Source of the DNA: an uncultured Candidatus Saccharibacteria bacterium
Lineage (GTDB): Bacteria; Patescibacteriota; Minisyncoccia; Phycocordibacterales; UBA2100
DNA length: 64,000 nt
Assembly: GCA_964471165.1 (NCBI GenBank)
Contig: CAYYEX010000005.1
Span: 42,593-106,592 of the forward strand
Reading direction: 5' to 3'
In this document: in pieces, positions 49,082 through 60,226 of the stretch
Numbering within the stretch: position 1 is the first letter of the stretch
Layout of the letters: each line of letters opens with the position of its first letter
Made by a program: the position numbers and the translations under genes
The notes under the pieces: model-generated
Told to the model about the DNA's origin: nothing
Databases searched by the model: none
The model's input: only the letters and a program-made list of their open reading frames with translations

Positions 49082-49957
49082 CTAGGGGTGGCTCCCGTGC
49101 GGTTCCGCGATTGCCATTTTGACGAAAAACAGCGTCAAAAGTGCAAACACTGCTCCTTGCACAATTCCAACGAACATCTCGAACGCCATGACCGGCGCCG
49201 GCAGGAAGTATGGTACGAAGAACGACACTACTGCAATCAACACCTCGCCTGCAAAAATGTTGCCGAACAATCGGAACGAGAACGAAATGAATCGCGAGAG
49301 TTCCGAAATCAATTCGATGAGTCCGACAATGAAATTAATTGGCGAGGAAAAGTTGATAAACTTCCCCGCGTACTTGAAAAGCCCGAGCGCAAAGATGCCT
49401 GCAAACTCAATGACGAACATTACGATGAACGTGAGTGCAAGAGTCACATTGAGGTCCGTATTCATACTACGCAAGAGCGGTGCAGTTTCTCCATCGTGTT
49501 GCACGGTAATGGAACCGATTCCAGGCGTAAACTCGATGAGGTTTGCCAATGCGATAAACAAAAACAAAGTAAGGAGTAGTGGAAAGATGCGGCGTGCCCA
49601 GGTCTTATCTTCAAGAGTGGTCTCGATAAACTCGTATATGTAGGAGAACATCAGCTCGATGAATGTTTGGAACTTGCCTGGAATCACCTTGAGATTCGCG
49701 CGTACGAAAAAAGCGAGCGTGAAGAGCATCGCCATGACAATCCAGCTCATGAGGAGTGTGTTGGTGAGCGGAATACCCAAAAATGTGCCGATTTGCTCGG
49801 CGGAGAGTGCCACGTGGATACCGCTTTGGTGGGCAGCCTCTGCCGCGTGCTCCACAGGCAGCGCAGTTGTGTTTGCAGTCTCCGCTATGTGCTCTAAAGG
49901 CAGACCGCTCGTTTGAGCGGCCTCTACGGCACGTTCTGTCATCGTGGCTTCTGGCAT
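49082..49957 (-). CDS. atpB: Fo ATP synthase a subunit with about 60-aa N-terminal extension carrying an internal repeat
   Basis: Conserved Arg motif SFSFRLFGNIFAGE. The N-terminal extension holds the near-duplicate LPLEHIAETA / LPVEHAAEAA. Confidence 0.9.
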   Translation of the reverse strand: MPEATMTERAVEAAQTSGLPLEHIAETANTTALPVEHAAEAAHQSGIHVALSAEQIGTFLGIPLTNTLLMSWIVMAMLFTLAFFVRANLKVIPGKFQTFIELMFSYIYEFIETTLEDKTWARRIFPLLLTLFLFIALANLIEFTPGIGSITVQHDGETAPLLRSMNTDLNVTLALTFIVMFVIEFAGIFALGLFKYAGKFINFSSPINFIVGLIELISELSRFISFSFRLFGNIFAGEVLIAVVSFFVPYFLPAPVMAFEMFVGIVQGAVFALLTLFFVKMAIAEPHGSHP

Positions 49958-50036
49958 GTTGGCGCGATTCTATCATGATTCTCAGCCAAAAAACACCCCT
50001 TTCGGAGTTTTTTTGTGGGCAAACTAATGCCCCAGC

Positions 50037-50648
50037 CTAGTTACTTTTCTTGGGGGGTAATAACACGTTATCAATTACAATAACGACACCGTTGGTTCCC
50101 ACGTATTGCGTGATTACAATCGCGCTATTCACCATTGGAATCTTGTCTGCGCCGTAGCTAAAATTGAGTACGTCCCGTGAGAGCGATTCAATCTGCCCAA
50201 CCGCCATCTGGTCCGGGTCTACCTGCCTGCCAGAAACGACGTGGTATTGAATAAGGCGTTTTTTCTGGTCCGCGGTCATGGCACTCACGGTGCCTGGTGG
50301 TAATTGCGCGAATGCCCCATTTGTCGGTACGAAAATTGTATATTTGCTCTGCGACTTCGGGTTAATTGTTGCTGCAATGCCAGTGGAGCGAAAATAGGCA
50401 TTAAAGGTGGATGCATTGGTGAGTCCTCGCACGATTGTGGCAACGTCTTGATTCTTCTTGCTGACCTCTTTCTTGACCACAACCGGTGCAGTCGTAGCTG
50501 TTGTCGTTGCAGCTTGAATTGTGCTCGTAGAACCACTGAGTCCGCTCAGCATTCCGGTTACACCTTTTTGAGACAGCCACCACAAGCCAAGCGCAGCGAC
50601 CACAATCACTGATACTACAGCCAGCCAGATTCCTTTATTGTGTTTCAT
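50037..50648 (-). CDS. Fasciclin (FAS1) domain protein, membrane-anchored
   Basis: N-terminal TM helix; FAS1 motifs TIFVPTNGAFAQLP and VIVIDNVLLP. Confidence 0.8.
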   Translation of the reverse strand: MKHNKGIWLAVVSVIVVAALGLWWLSQKGVTGMLSGLSGSTSTIQAATTTATTAPVVVKKEVSKKNQDVATIVRGLTNASTFNAYFRSTGIAATINPKSQSKYTIFVPTNGAFAQLPPGTVSAMTADQKKRLIQYHVVSGRQVDPDQMAVGQIESLSRDVLNFSYGADKIPMVNSAIVITQYVGTNGVVIVIDNVLLPPKKSN

Positions 50649-50704
50649 AAATTTGATTTGCGCCCAGTGTCTGACCTTTGGTGTCAGGGGTAGATAAAGA
50701 CGAA

Positions 50705-51583
50705 TTAATTGTAGCCCTCTTTCATGAATGACACCATCGCACGCTTGAGTGGCCGCTCTTGTTCAGTAAAGCTATGGTCCGAGCCTTTTACGATTACCGC
50801 TTCACCTGTGTAGATGTGTTTTGTAAACCAATCAGCCATTGCCACCGCCGGTCGGTCTGAATACTCATCCTTTTCCGCCAGTACCACCAGTATTGGTAGC
50901 TTTACAGCTCTGAGCGACTTCGGGAGCACCTTTGGCGAAGCGTATGAAAATACTTCTTCTGGAGAATCAGGTGTATAGAGACTTATAAATCGCTGTGCGT
51001 CGCATTTAAACTCTCCCGCAAGCTCGTCCGGAATCATTGCATGCGGTTTTCCGGATTTTACGAGCTGTCTGGCTACAGCCAGAGCCTTTTTGTGAGCTCC
51101 GTTCTTGTCGTCGAGCGCACGGTACGACGCGTAGTCGCTAATTGGTGCGAGCAAAATTATTCCTTTGAGGTGTTTGGTATTGCCGCGCGAGGCAAAGTAG
51201 ATAGATTTCTGGCAACCCGTTGAGTGCCCTGCCAGGAATATTTTTCGTACACCCTGGGCGCGAACAAAATCGAGAGCTCCTTCTATGTCGTCTACGCAGT
51301 CGGTAAACACCTCGTGTGCGCATCCCGCCAGAATCCACTTCTGTTTCTTTGAGTTCCGAATGTTTTTTGTTATGTAGTTCATCAGACCAAAACCACGGTT
51401 GTTGAATGTGAGCACTGCAGTTTTTTTGTCTACCAATTCGAGAACGCGGCGCATAGAAAACGCACTCGACATGAGCCCGTGCACGAGCACAACGACTCGC
51501 TCTGGCTTTTTTGGACCAAACCACAATCCATTTAAATTGACCCCTGTCGGGGTCACGATGTGTATGACGTTAGCTGCACGCAT
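50705..51583 (-). CDS. Alpha/beta-fold hydrolase
   Basis: HG oxyanion motif (VVLVHGLMSS); nucleophile elbow GHSTG; 292 aa. Confidence 0.7.
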   Translation of the reverse strand: MRAANVIHIVTPTGVNLNGLWFGPKKPERVVVLVHGLMSSAFSMRRVLELVDKKTAVLTFNNRGFGLMNYITKNIRNSKKQKWILAGCAHEVFTDCVDDIEGALDFVRAQGVRKIFLAGHSTGCQKSIYFASRGNTKHLKGIILLAPISDYASYRALDDKNGAHKKALAVARQLVKSGKPHAMIPDELAGEFKCDAQRFISLYTPDSPEEVFSYASPKVLPKSLRAVKLPILVVLAEKDEYSDRPAVAMADWFTKHIYTGEAVIVKGSDHSFTEQERPLKRAMVSFMKEGYN

Positions 51584-51599
51584 ACGATATGTATATCAC

Positions 51600-52271
51600 T
51601 TATCTAGCTTTCACCGCGATGGCAAGCTCCCCATCTATCGCGATGTTGCGTGTTTCCAGCGCAAGCGCCAGTTCGTCTTGAGTCTTTGGCATCTTCTTTG
51701 TATCGATGCGCCCGACGATTTTAATCGTTACATTCTTGCACATACCAAGCGCCTTGGCCGGATTACGCTTAATCTTACCGACCTGCACGAGCTCCTTGTG
51801 GTCGAGAAGAATATCAACAGTATTCGTGATTCGCGGGTTCATAGCGTCGGCAATCACGCGCAGGCCGATTTGGTCGTGTACGACTTGGCGGCCGCAGTTT
51901 ACGTCTTTGGGAGTAGAGGTGGAAGCAGGCACAACTTCAATAACAGTCCCGTATGGCAACTCATCAGCAAGGTCTTTTGACCGAGCCGCGATGATGTCGG
52001 GGTTTGTGTAAGCGCCAATCGAGGTAGTGAAAGGCGTATCGTCCGTCTGACCGGGAACTGCGTTATAAGCAGTCATCTTTACGGTCAGTGTCGGGTATGT
52101 AGGCTGTTCCGGCGTTTCCTCTACCAAGTTGGTTTCGGCGGCAAATGCCACCGGAACAAAACTGTGCAAAAGAAAAGCGCCCGTAACGGCCGCTGTACCA
52201 AATGTTGTCATGCGCTGCCGGGTCACCCCAGCCACAAGATAGTAGCATTTTGCAAGACCGATGTCAAGCAA
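51600..52271 (-). CDS. 3D-domain (MltA-like/YuiC-like) cell-wall protein, membrane-anchored
   Basis: N-terminal TM or signal segment; 3D-domain motifs TAYNAVPGQTDDTPFTT, LPYGTVIEVV and DAMNPRITNTVDIL. Confidence 0.7.
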   Translation of the reverse strand: MLDIGLAKCYYLVAGVTRQRMTTFGTAAVTGAFLLHSFVPVAFAAETNLVEETPEQPTYPTLTVKMTAYNAVPGQTDDTPFTTSIGAYTNPDIIAARSKDLADELPYGTVIEVVPASTSTPKDVNCGRQVVHDQIGLRVIADAMNPRITNTVDILLDHKELVQVGKIKRNPAKALGMCKNVTIKIVGRIDTKKMPKTQDELALALETRNIAIDGELAIAVKAR

Positions 52272-52496
52272 AAATATGGCTCTGTTGAGCCATATTTATG
52301 CCATTTTATTTGACTTCAGGCTAAATTGATTGTGATATTCGCACAATTTCGATTCTGCCATTTGGTGATTCCGACCCGAAATTACACCGCAGATGCGAGG
52401 CGCGGAGAAAAGTGGACGCGACTCGTACTGAATGTACGACGAGAGGCCACTTGAGGCTCCGCAACGAAGCAGATGGGGTGTAATTTGGGCGTCGGA

Positions 52497-53768
<1,272 letters not shown>

Positions 53769-53795
53769 TTATCGATGTGTAGGTGTTTAGAAAAA

Positions 53796-53823
53796 CTTGA
53801 CAGAATAGTATTTTCATGTATAG
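53796..53823 (+). promoter_or_regulatory. Sigma70-like promoter for the MFS leader (TTGACA-16 nt-TATAGT)
   Basis: TTGACA at 53796-53801, TATAGT at 53818-53823, 16-nt spacer; about 140 nt upstream of the MFS ATG. Confidence 0.5.
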
Positions 53824-53835
53824 TCTTCGCAACAT

Positions 53836-53967
53836 AACTTCAAATCAGCCGCGGTCTTAGGACCGAACGAGCCCAGAGCCCTCGGCTGACTTGAAAAGCC
53901 CGAGGGCTTTTCGACTCAGCAGGGTCGAAAGGCCCTCGTTCGCTGACAAACCACATAAGGAAATTGG
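53836..53967 (+). promoter_or_regulatory. Structured 5' leader with alternative terminator/antiterminator helices (riboswitch or attenuator candidate) upstream of the MFS transporter
   Basis: The terminator is AGCCCTCGG (53877-85) + 14-nt loop + CCGAGGGCT (53900-08) + UUUCG. Its 5' arm can instead pair with upstream UCAGCCG (53845-51). A further long-range pair is CGAACGAG (53863-70) / CTCGTTCG (53933-40). Confidence 0.45.
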
Positions 53968-55146
53968 ATGACGGATGTACAAGCGAGTCGAAATATTCGG
54001 CTCTACTATCTCCAGGCAATCTTTGGCGAGTCATTGCTGCTGGGAATCATAACGGTCGATCTGTACACGGGGCTTACCGGAATCTCACTCGCCGAAATCT
54101 TCTACATGCAGGCAGCCCTGCATGCACTTTCGGCGGTGCTCGAGGTTCCTGCAGGCGCAATCTCCGACATCTTCGGCCGCAGACGCACACTTATTGCGGC
54201 CCGCATCATCTACGGGGTCGGTTCGATTCTGTTCATGGCAATGTCGAGTCCTATCCACTTGTGGACTGCGGGCATTCTCATGGCAGTCGGCGGCTGCCTA
54301 CAATCGGGCACCGACACCTCGCTCCTGTACGAAACACTCAAAGAAAAGGGGCGAGAATCCGAATACGCTCGCATTCTCGGCGCAGCAGTCGGGTGGAGGT
54401 TAAAAATCAAAGGCGTGTGCGCACTTTCTGTTGGAGTGCTTGCCGCAATCGATCTAAGGCTTCCCCTCCTCATCGGAGTCCCGCTCACATTCCTACCACT
54501 TGTCGGTTCGTTCTTCTACACCGAACCGACACGTGTAATCGCGCACGGGCTCGAGAATCGCTTCAGCGACCTCAAGCGCGGCATCGTTGCAACACACGAG
54601 AACGTACACGTGCGTTGGATTGTCGCATTCTCTGCATTTCTCGGAGTCTCCGGGTCACTCTGGTACTGGTACAACCCGTACTACGGATTGATAGGGGTTT
54701 CGACTGCGTGGTTGGGTGTAATCGGCTTTTCTACCAACTTCATCGCAGGAATCACGAGCCGCTACGCGTATCGCATCAAGGAGAAGTTCAGTGAACGCTT
54801 CTGCATGCTTGTGGTCTCCGCATCGCAAGGCGCAACACTATTGGCTTCGGCGGCGCACCCATTCATGACGTCGATCGCGCTCATCGTTCCGCGCTCGTTT
54901 GCGGAAGGACTCTCGGGGCCAATCACTTCTGCGTACTTGAATCACCGCATTGCGAGCGTTGCGCGCAACACGGTGCTATCGATTCAATCGGCACTTGCAA
55001 ACGCCGCCACCATTGTGACGTCGCTCGTATTCGGATTGTCGATAGATGCGATCGGATTTCTGAACAGTGCGATGATCTTCGGTGCAATTCTCTCTGTGTG
55101 TGGATGCATGTTTTTTCTCGCATACCTTCGGCAGCCGAAGGTGTAA
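53968..55146 (+). CDS. Major facilitator superfamily transporter
   Basis: 12 predicted TM helices; MFS motif A-like DIFGRRRTL; 392 aa. Confidence 0.85.
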   Translation: MTDVQASRNIRLYYLQAIFGESLLLGIITVDLYTGLTGISLAEIFYMQAALHALSAVLEVPAGAISDIFGRRRTLIAARIIYGVGSILFMAMSSPIHLWTAGILMAVGGCLQSGTDTSLLYETLKEKGRESEYARILGAAVGWRLKIKGVCALSVGVLAAIDLRLPLLIGVPLTFLPLVGSFFYTEPTRVIAHGLENRFSDLKRGIVATHENVHVRWIVAFSAFLGVSGSLWYWYNPYYGLIGVSTAWLGVIGFSTNFIAGITSRYAYRIKEKFSERFCMLVVSASQGATLLASAAHPFMTSIALIVPRSFAEGLSGPITSAYLNHRIASVARNTVLSIQSALANAATIVTSLVFGLSIDAIGFLNSAMIFGAILSVCGCMFFLAYLRQPKV

Positions 55147-55203
55147 CAAAACAATCCCCGGGCTCGCAAGCCCGGGGATACTCATTTGTGTTACACAATG
55201 CGG

Positions 55204-55617
55204 CTAATTTTCCCGAATTCGAAACTTGGTGATGGTGTAGCCGTTGTCTGCAGAAGCAGTGTAGTTGAAGTCAGCGGTGTACTGCATGTGGCCGTCTTCG
55301 TATTGCACGACTCCGCTGCCGTTTTTCGAACTGATTTGTGTGACGAAAAACTTCCCGCCAAGCGTTTCCTGTACTGGTGAAAGTTTGGAAATGTTTACGC
55401 TCACAAAGGTGTCGATATCCATCACTCGGTTTTTGTAGGCCTCTTCTTGGTAGTACTCGTCTTGTGGATTGTCGCGAATGTCCAGCGTCGGGGCAATTGC
55501 GCGCTCACTCGTGAATACGAACACCGCGATTGATGTGAGGAACACGAGTATCATAAAAATAATCACGTTGCGGGGCATGTATTCATTGTACACAAAAGAA
55601 AACGCGCCCGGCAACAC
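55204..55617 (-). CDS. Hypothetical membrane-anchored protein
   Basis: 137 aa; N-terminal TM helix IIFMILVFLTSIAVFVF then a soluble domain; start likely MPRNVII. Confidence 0.5.
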   Translation of the reverse strand: MLPGAFSFVYNEYMPRNVIIFMILVFLTSIAVFVFTSERAIAPTLDIRDNPQDEYYQEEAYKNRVMDIDTFVSVNISKLSPVQETLGGKFFVTQISSKNGSGVVQYEDGHMQYTADFNYTASADNGYTITKFRIREN

Positions 55618-55657
55618 GATGCTGCCGGGCGGGTCAATTCAGTTAGTTGAGGCAATT

Positions 55658-58600
55658 TTATGATTGGTCGCACAGATATCGCATGTTGTGGAACAAGCGA
55701 TCCCACGGCGCGCCCTGGCCTTTGAACTCCTCGGGAACGTAGCCCATCTGGTGTTCGAGGTTGCAGCGCTCCATGTGCAGCATCGTCGCGAGATGCCGCT
55801 TGTTGCGGGAGAGTAATCCCGCCACACCGTCGCGCGAGCCGTTCGGATTGAACGGGTACGCTTCGGTTGCTTCCCCATCGAGACCCACATAGACGAACGG
55901 CACGAGTTTGTTTTTGACGATATCGGCATACACTTTCTCGTCCTGAAACACATACTGTCCTTCGCCGTGAGCACTCCACACGCCAAGCACCATTCCACCC
56001 ATTCCGTGCAGAAGCGGTGAATCGGTGTCTTCCATGACCTTCAGCGGAATCCACCGGCCTTCGAACCGGCCGGATTTATTTTCAACGAGCCGTGGCTGCC
56101 GCTTATCCGCAACATGACGACCCGGTGTCCAGCCGATGAGTGACATCAACTGTGCCCCGTTGCATGGTCCAAACGAGACAGTGTCCGGTCGTTCGTAGAA
56201 GTCGGCGAACATCGCGTTCACGTTGTCGTTGAGCAGAATTGACGCCGCCCAGCCTTTTGCAGAACCACCCGCATCTCCGTCGGCAAAGCCGCCCGGAAAA
56301 CCGGCGAACTGGAACTTCTTCAGCGACCGTACGCGTCTGCTGAAGATATCGTTCATGTGGATGTTGACCACCTTGAAGCCGTGACGAACGAGCGCCGCGA
56401 TATATTCCTCGTAGCCGTTGGTACCCTTGGCGCGGAAAACCGCAGCATAGGGCTTGGCGACTCGGATGATGGCGGGCGCGGATGCCCGGAATGTATGGTC
56501 GTAGCGGATGACACGCGGGTCGTTGAACCGTGCGACTTCCTGCAGAACCATGTCCCGGTTCGTCTGACGCATTTCAAGCGCGGTTGCCGTTGCCTCCCAC
56601 CACACGCGCAGCGTGCCGATGTCTTCGTGCAGCAGTGTTTGCCTGCCCGAAGTAATAGTCACGTGCCGATCCGCCATAGTTCCCGTTTTCCCGATTACAT
56701 GCGCATCATTTTCGACGCCATGTTCTTTCAGAATCGCGAGCACCTTGTCCAGATTCTCCGGCTTGCACTCGATGACATGTCCCACTTCCTCATTGAAGAG
56801 GAACGGTAACACGTCGCGGTCTCCCACTTCGATACATCCACCGCGGTTGCCCGCCATGAACATCTCGAGCAAGGTCGTGACGAGTCCACCGCGACCAACA
56901 TCGTGCAATGCCGTCATCAATCCCGCGTCATGCAGTGCAAGAATTGCTTCGAGCGAGCGCACGAAACTGAGTGGGAAGTCGATGTCGGGACACTCGTTGC
57001 CGAGCTGTTTCATCGATTGCGCAAGCGCGGAACCGCCAAGACGGAATTGTCCTTGGCTGTTGAGGTAGAGCAGCATGCCGCGTCCCTTTGCATCGGGATT
57101 CACGACCTGGCGTATGTCGTTGACCGGTGCATGCCCGTACGCAACGAGTTGCATGGGTCCTACGACGTAACTCAAAGCCTTCTTCACCGCCGAGCCGAGA
57201 CTATCCTTGCCTCCGCTCGAAGCCGTGCGAATGACCTCCATAATCTGGCAGGACGAACGCACGCCGCGGTACATTTTTGCACCCTCGCCCGGTTGCTGCG
57301 GTGCCGCCATTTCATTAAGACGGCACTTCAAGTCTGCAAGCGAGGAAATGCGAGCCCCGACGATGTTGGTATACATTTTTCCAATCACCATCCTGCCCTG
57401 CGCTTCGGCGCTCACGAGACCAAGCACTCCTTGGTGACCGCGAGCCGTTGCCATACCGACGTTGGAGTTGAACGACGCTGCGAGAACCGCAACGTTTGCG
57501 ACATGCATCTGCAATGGTCCGCAAATTTGTTGCTGTGCAATTCGACCGCCTACGGACTGGTCGCCCTTGATGATGAGGTGACGCTTCGAGCCGACGGCCG
57601 GAAGCGTGAACACCTGTCGCACCAATTCTGCCAGTTTGTATTCCGTGGGCAGAACGAGTGCTGGCAGCTCGTTGGGAATGTCATCCCACCTGATGGGCTG
57701 CCAGGGCGGGTTCGAAAGCGCCTTTTCGACAGCAACATCTACGACGATGCCGTCGACCGAGTCAACGACGAATCGACCGTTGCCAATGATTTTGCCAAGG
57801 ACTTCGACGAACGCTCCTTCACGTTCGAACACTTGCATGACGAGCTTCAGTGATTTCCGTCGGATAACAATGCCGACCGCTTCCTGCGTTTCCGCAATCA
57901 GCTGTTCGCGCGGCGACATTGTTTTATCTGCGATACGTAAGTTCCGCAGATTAAGTTTGCCGCCGAGTAATCCAACAAGCTCGAAGAACAGGTTGCCGAG
58001 GCCACCTGCTCCTTGGTCCACCAAATCGATAACCGGATTTTTCAGACCAAGCTGCATAAAGCATTTCAAGCCGCGGAACACGGCACTCTCCTCCACCGCG
58101 TCAGCACGTTGCACTGAGGCGGTGTCGAGTTTTGTTTCTGCGGTGCCGCCCTGTTCGCTTGAGAGCGTTGCCCCTCCGACACCGACCCTGCGTGTGGCAG
58201 AACCGACGCGTAGAATCAACATCCCCTTTTCAAGCGGTTGCTTGAAAATTTGCTTCTTGTCCGTGATTCCGCTGCCGCCGACGTAGCAGATGAACTTTTC
58301 CCAAGCGGTGTGTCTACCGTTCACCACCTGCTCGAAGCTGTCGACGAACCCCTGCGTAATCGCAACGCCAGTCTTGTTGGCGTTGTCGCACGCGCCATCG
58401 CTCATACCAAGGATGCCTTCGAGCGAGGTCGCGTAGCCTTCTTGCTTCACGCCGCCGAGTTCTTCGCCAGCGATTTTGTGTTCCGGCATCATGTAGTTGC
58501 CCGTGCAGTAACCGGCAATAATCATGCCGAGCACGAGCGCACCTTTTCCCTGCGTGAACAAATCGCGCAGCATGCCGCCGACTCCCGTCTCGGCACCAGG

Positions 58601-59446
58601 CACCGGAGACACGTAGCTTGGGTGGCTATGTGTTTCTGCGGTGATGGTGTAGCAGATGTCGAGAAGTCGTTCGACTATGTCGCTGATTCGTGTCGGGTCC
58701 ATCGGCATGAGAATCGGGACACCTGAGTGTCCTTCAATCACACCAGCGCCGTCGTGGAACTGGACCAGGCTGTTGCCCGGGTTTTTGCGCCACGGTTCCT
58801 GGACCATCTCGATGATGGTCTGCGGTTGCAGAACACCATTGAGAATAATCGGTGACTTGATGGTGCCGTGACGCGTATGTTCGGAGAGCGACGCCCCGAG
58901 CAGTGCGAGCAACGCATCGGAGGGCGTGCGCCCTTCGAGCAGAGTGAGCACGAACTCGAACAAAAGCTCCTTCAGACCGAACTTGTGAGTGTCGTTCACA
59001 CGACGCAGTGACTCTGCATCGGTAACTTCGGGAAACCACAACGTGGGAACCCGAGTTTCGGTGCTGAAAAATGATTTCAGACGCCCGGCATAGACCTGCT
59101 CGAGGAGCGGGTCAATGCCACGACGAATGATTTCTTTGCCGACCGTACCGGGAGTAACCCGATGCCGTTTCGACATCTCAGCGCGCGAAATCGAAATGCC
59201 GATTCGTTTGCAGATTTCGACCAAGCGAGTTGAGTCGCCGGTTTCCATCCGCAACTGCGGACCGACTTCAATCGCATGGCTCTGTAGAAGCTTGCTGCGC
59301 TTAGTCGTGCGCACCCCTGGAGACTCGAGAATCCAGCGGATATCGCGAATCTGTTTGTCGGTGAGGGGCGCATTGCCCTCGGTCTCGATATTGAGCACGC
59401 GCTCAACATTCGGATTTCTTGAATCCTGAGCATAGAGCTGAAACAT
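55658..59446 (-). CDS. purL: Phosphoribosylformylglycinamidine synthase, single-chain large form (PurL with C-terminal glutaminase)
   Basis: 1262 aa; duplicated AIR-synthase-related (PurM-like) domains; C-terminal class I GATase with GPCNGAQ catalytic Cys. Confidence 0.9.
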   Translation of the reverse strand: MFQLYAQDSRNPNVERVLNIETEGNAPLTDKQIRDIRWILESPGVRTTKRSKLLQSHAIEVGPQLRMETGDSTRLVEICKRIGISISRAEMSKRHRVTPGTVGKEIIRRGIDPLLEQVYAGRLKSFFSTETRVPTLWFPEVTDAESLRRVNDTHKFGLKELLFEFVLTLLEGRTPSDALLALLGASLSEHTRHGTIKSPIILNGVLQPQTIIEMVQEPWRKNPGNSLVQFHDGAGVIEGHSGVPILMPMDPTRISDIVERLLDICYTITAETHSHPSYVSPVPGAETGVGGMLRDLFTQGKGALVLGMIIAGYCTGNYMMPEHKIAGEELGGVKQEGYATSLEGILGMSDGACDNANKTGVAITQGFVDSFEQVVNGRHTAWEKFICYVGGSGITDKKQIFKQPLEKGMLILRVGSATRRVGVGGATLSSEQGGTAETKLDTASVQRADAVEESAVFRGLKCFMQLGLKNPVIDLVDQGAGGLGNLFFELVGLLGGKLNLRNLRIADKTMSPREQLIAETQEAVGIVIRRKSLKLVMQVFEREGAFVEVLGKIIGNGRFVVDSVDGIVVDVAVEKALSNPPWQPIRWDDIPNELPALVLPTEYKLAELVRQVFTLPAVGSKRHLIIKGDQSVGGRIAQQQICGPLQMHVANVAVLAASFNSNVGMATARGHQGVLGLVSAEAQGRMVIGKMYTNIVGARISSLADLKCRLNEMAAPQQPGEGAKMYRGVRSSCQIMEVIRTASSGGKDSLGSAVKKALSYVVGPMQLVAYGHAPVNDIRQVVNPDAKGRGMLLYLNSQGQFRLGGSALAQSMKQLGNECPDIDFPLSFVRSLEAILALHDAGLMTALHDVGRGGLVTTLLEMFMAGNRGGCIEVGDRDVLPFLFNEEVGHVIECKPENLDKVLAILKEHGVENDAHVIGKTGTMADRHVTITSGRQTLLHEDIGTLRVWWEATATALEMRQTNRDMVLQEVARFNDPRVIRYDHTFRASAPAIIRVAKPYAAVFRAKGTNGYEEYIAALVRHGFKVVNIHMNDIFSRRVRSLKKFQFAGFPGGFADGDAGGSAKGWAASILLNDNVNAMFADFYERPDTVSFGPCNGAQLMSLIGWTPGRHVADKRQPRLVENKSGRFEGRWIPLKVMEDTDSPLLHGMGGMVLGVWSAHGEGQYVFQDEKVYADIVKNKLVPFVYVGLDGEATEAYPFNPNGSRDGVAGLLSRNKRHLATMLHMERCNLEHQMGYVPEEFKGQGAPWDRLFHNMRYLCDQS

Positions 59447-59503
59447 GAGACGACTCCCTGTTGTAGCTAACTAACTGAATTATCAAAGCAACACGCACCC
59501 CTT

Positions 59504-60130
59504 TTGGGGGTGCCGCCTGCGGGCAATGTATCAATACACTCTATAAAAGGACAGTGTTGTAGGATTGCAGTAATAAGGCACTATGTTGGCAGGCAACCGG
59601 CGAAGGGTGGGGCTATGCCGAAAAAAGCGACAACACCGATAGTCACGATTTCCTGTCATGCACGAGACTGGCGCGGCATCGCGCTCGCTGTTTCTCTCGA
59701 CGGAGCGTTTCTTCTGCACGATGTGTCCCCTGCTTCAGTGGAGGGGTTCATTCAAGCGATACGCATGCGTCCGTATACGGTAAAGCGCCACAAGGCACTG
59801 CGCTCGCTCACAATGACGGCGCAAACGTTTGCGGGAAACAAGCAACGCACCTGGGTATGGTGGAATGACAAGAAGGTGCGGTATGGCTCGAAAAAGCATC
59901 ACGACTACATTGAACGCGCTTTCCGCGCACGATTGCTGCGTTGTGAACACGCGCTGCGGGCACTTGCTGCAAGTAATAGCGTCACATTTGTCTATCGGCC
60001 GCGCCAAAATGAGGCGCGCGTGTCCCTGAGACCGGCGCACGTCGTTGCAATATTTTCGAAGCTACGCGACGAAGTCGTCGCAACGGGCACACTGCTTCCG
60101 CGCGAAGCACGCCAGCCGAAAACCCGGTAA
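59504..60130 (+). CDS. Hypothetical basic protein
   Basis: 208-aa ORF; start probably MPKKATTP (59614); no recognisable domain; followed by a strong bidirectional terminator. Confidence 0.4.
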   Translation: MGVPPAGNVSIHSIKGQCCRIAVIRHYVGRQPAKGGAMPKKATTPIVTISCHARDWRGIALAVSLDGAFLLHDVSPASVEGFIQAIRMRPYTVKRHKALRSLTMTAQTFAGNKQRTWVWWNDKKVRYGSKKHHDYIERAFRARLLRCEHALRALAASNSVTFVYRPRQNEARVSLRPAHVVAIFSKLRDEVVATGTLLPREARQPKTR

Positions 60131-60153
60131 GTTCAAATATTTAGGGCAAAACG

Positions 60154-60181
60154 AAAGGCCGCAGAAATTCCTGCGGCCTTT
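60154..60181. terminator. Bidirectional intrinsic terminator between convergent hypothetical genes
   Basis: AAAGGCCGCAG-AAATTC-CTGCGGCCTTT followed by TGATATTTTG. Confidence 0.85.
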
Positions 60182-60226
60182 GATATTTTGTGCATCGTCA
60201 ATCGGTAACTGCCGAAGACGGAAGAA

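Noticed and set aside
49958-50036. A-run/T-run hairpin (CACAAAAAAACTCCGAAAGGGGTGTTTTTTGG) upstream of atpB
   Set aside because: The arms are not truly complementary apart from A:T runs; weak as a terminator for the convergent fasciclin gene.
56357-58726. Multiple 150-316-aa plus-strand ORFs
   Set aside because: All lie inside and antisense to the 1262-aa purL gene. Their composition is Ala/Arg/Ser-rich, shadow-like.
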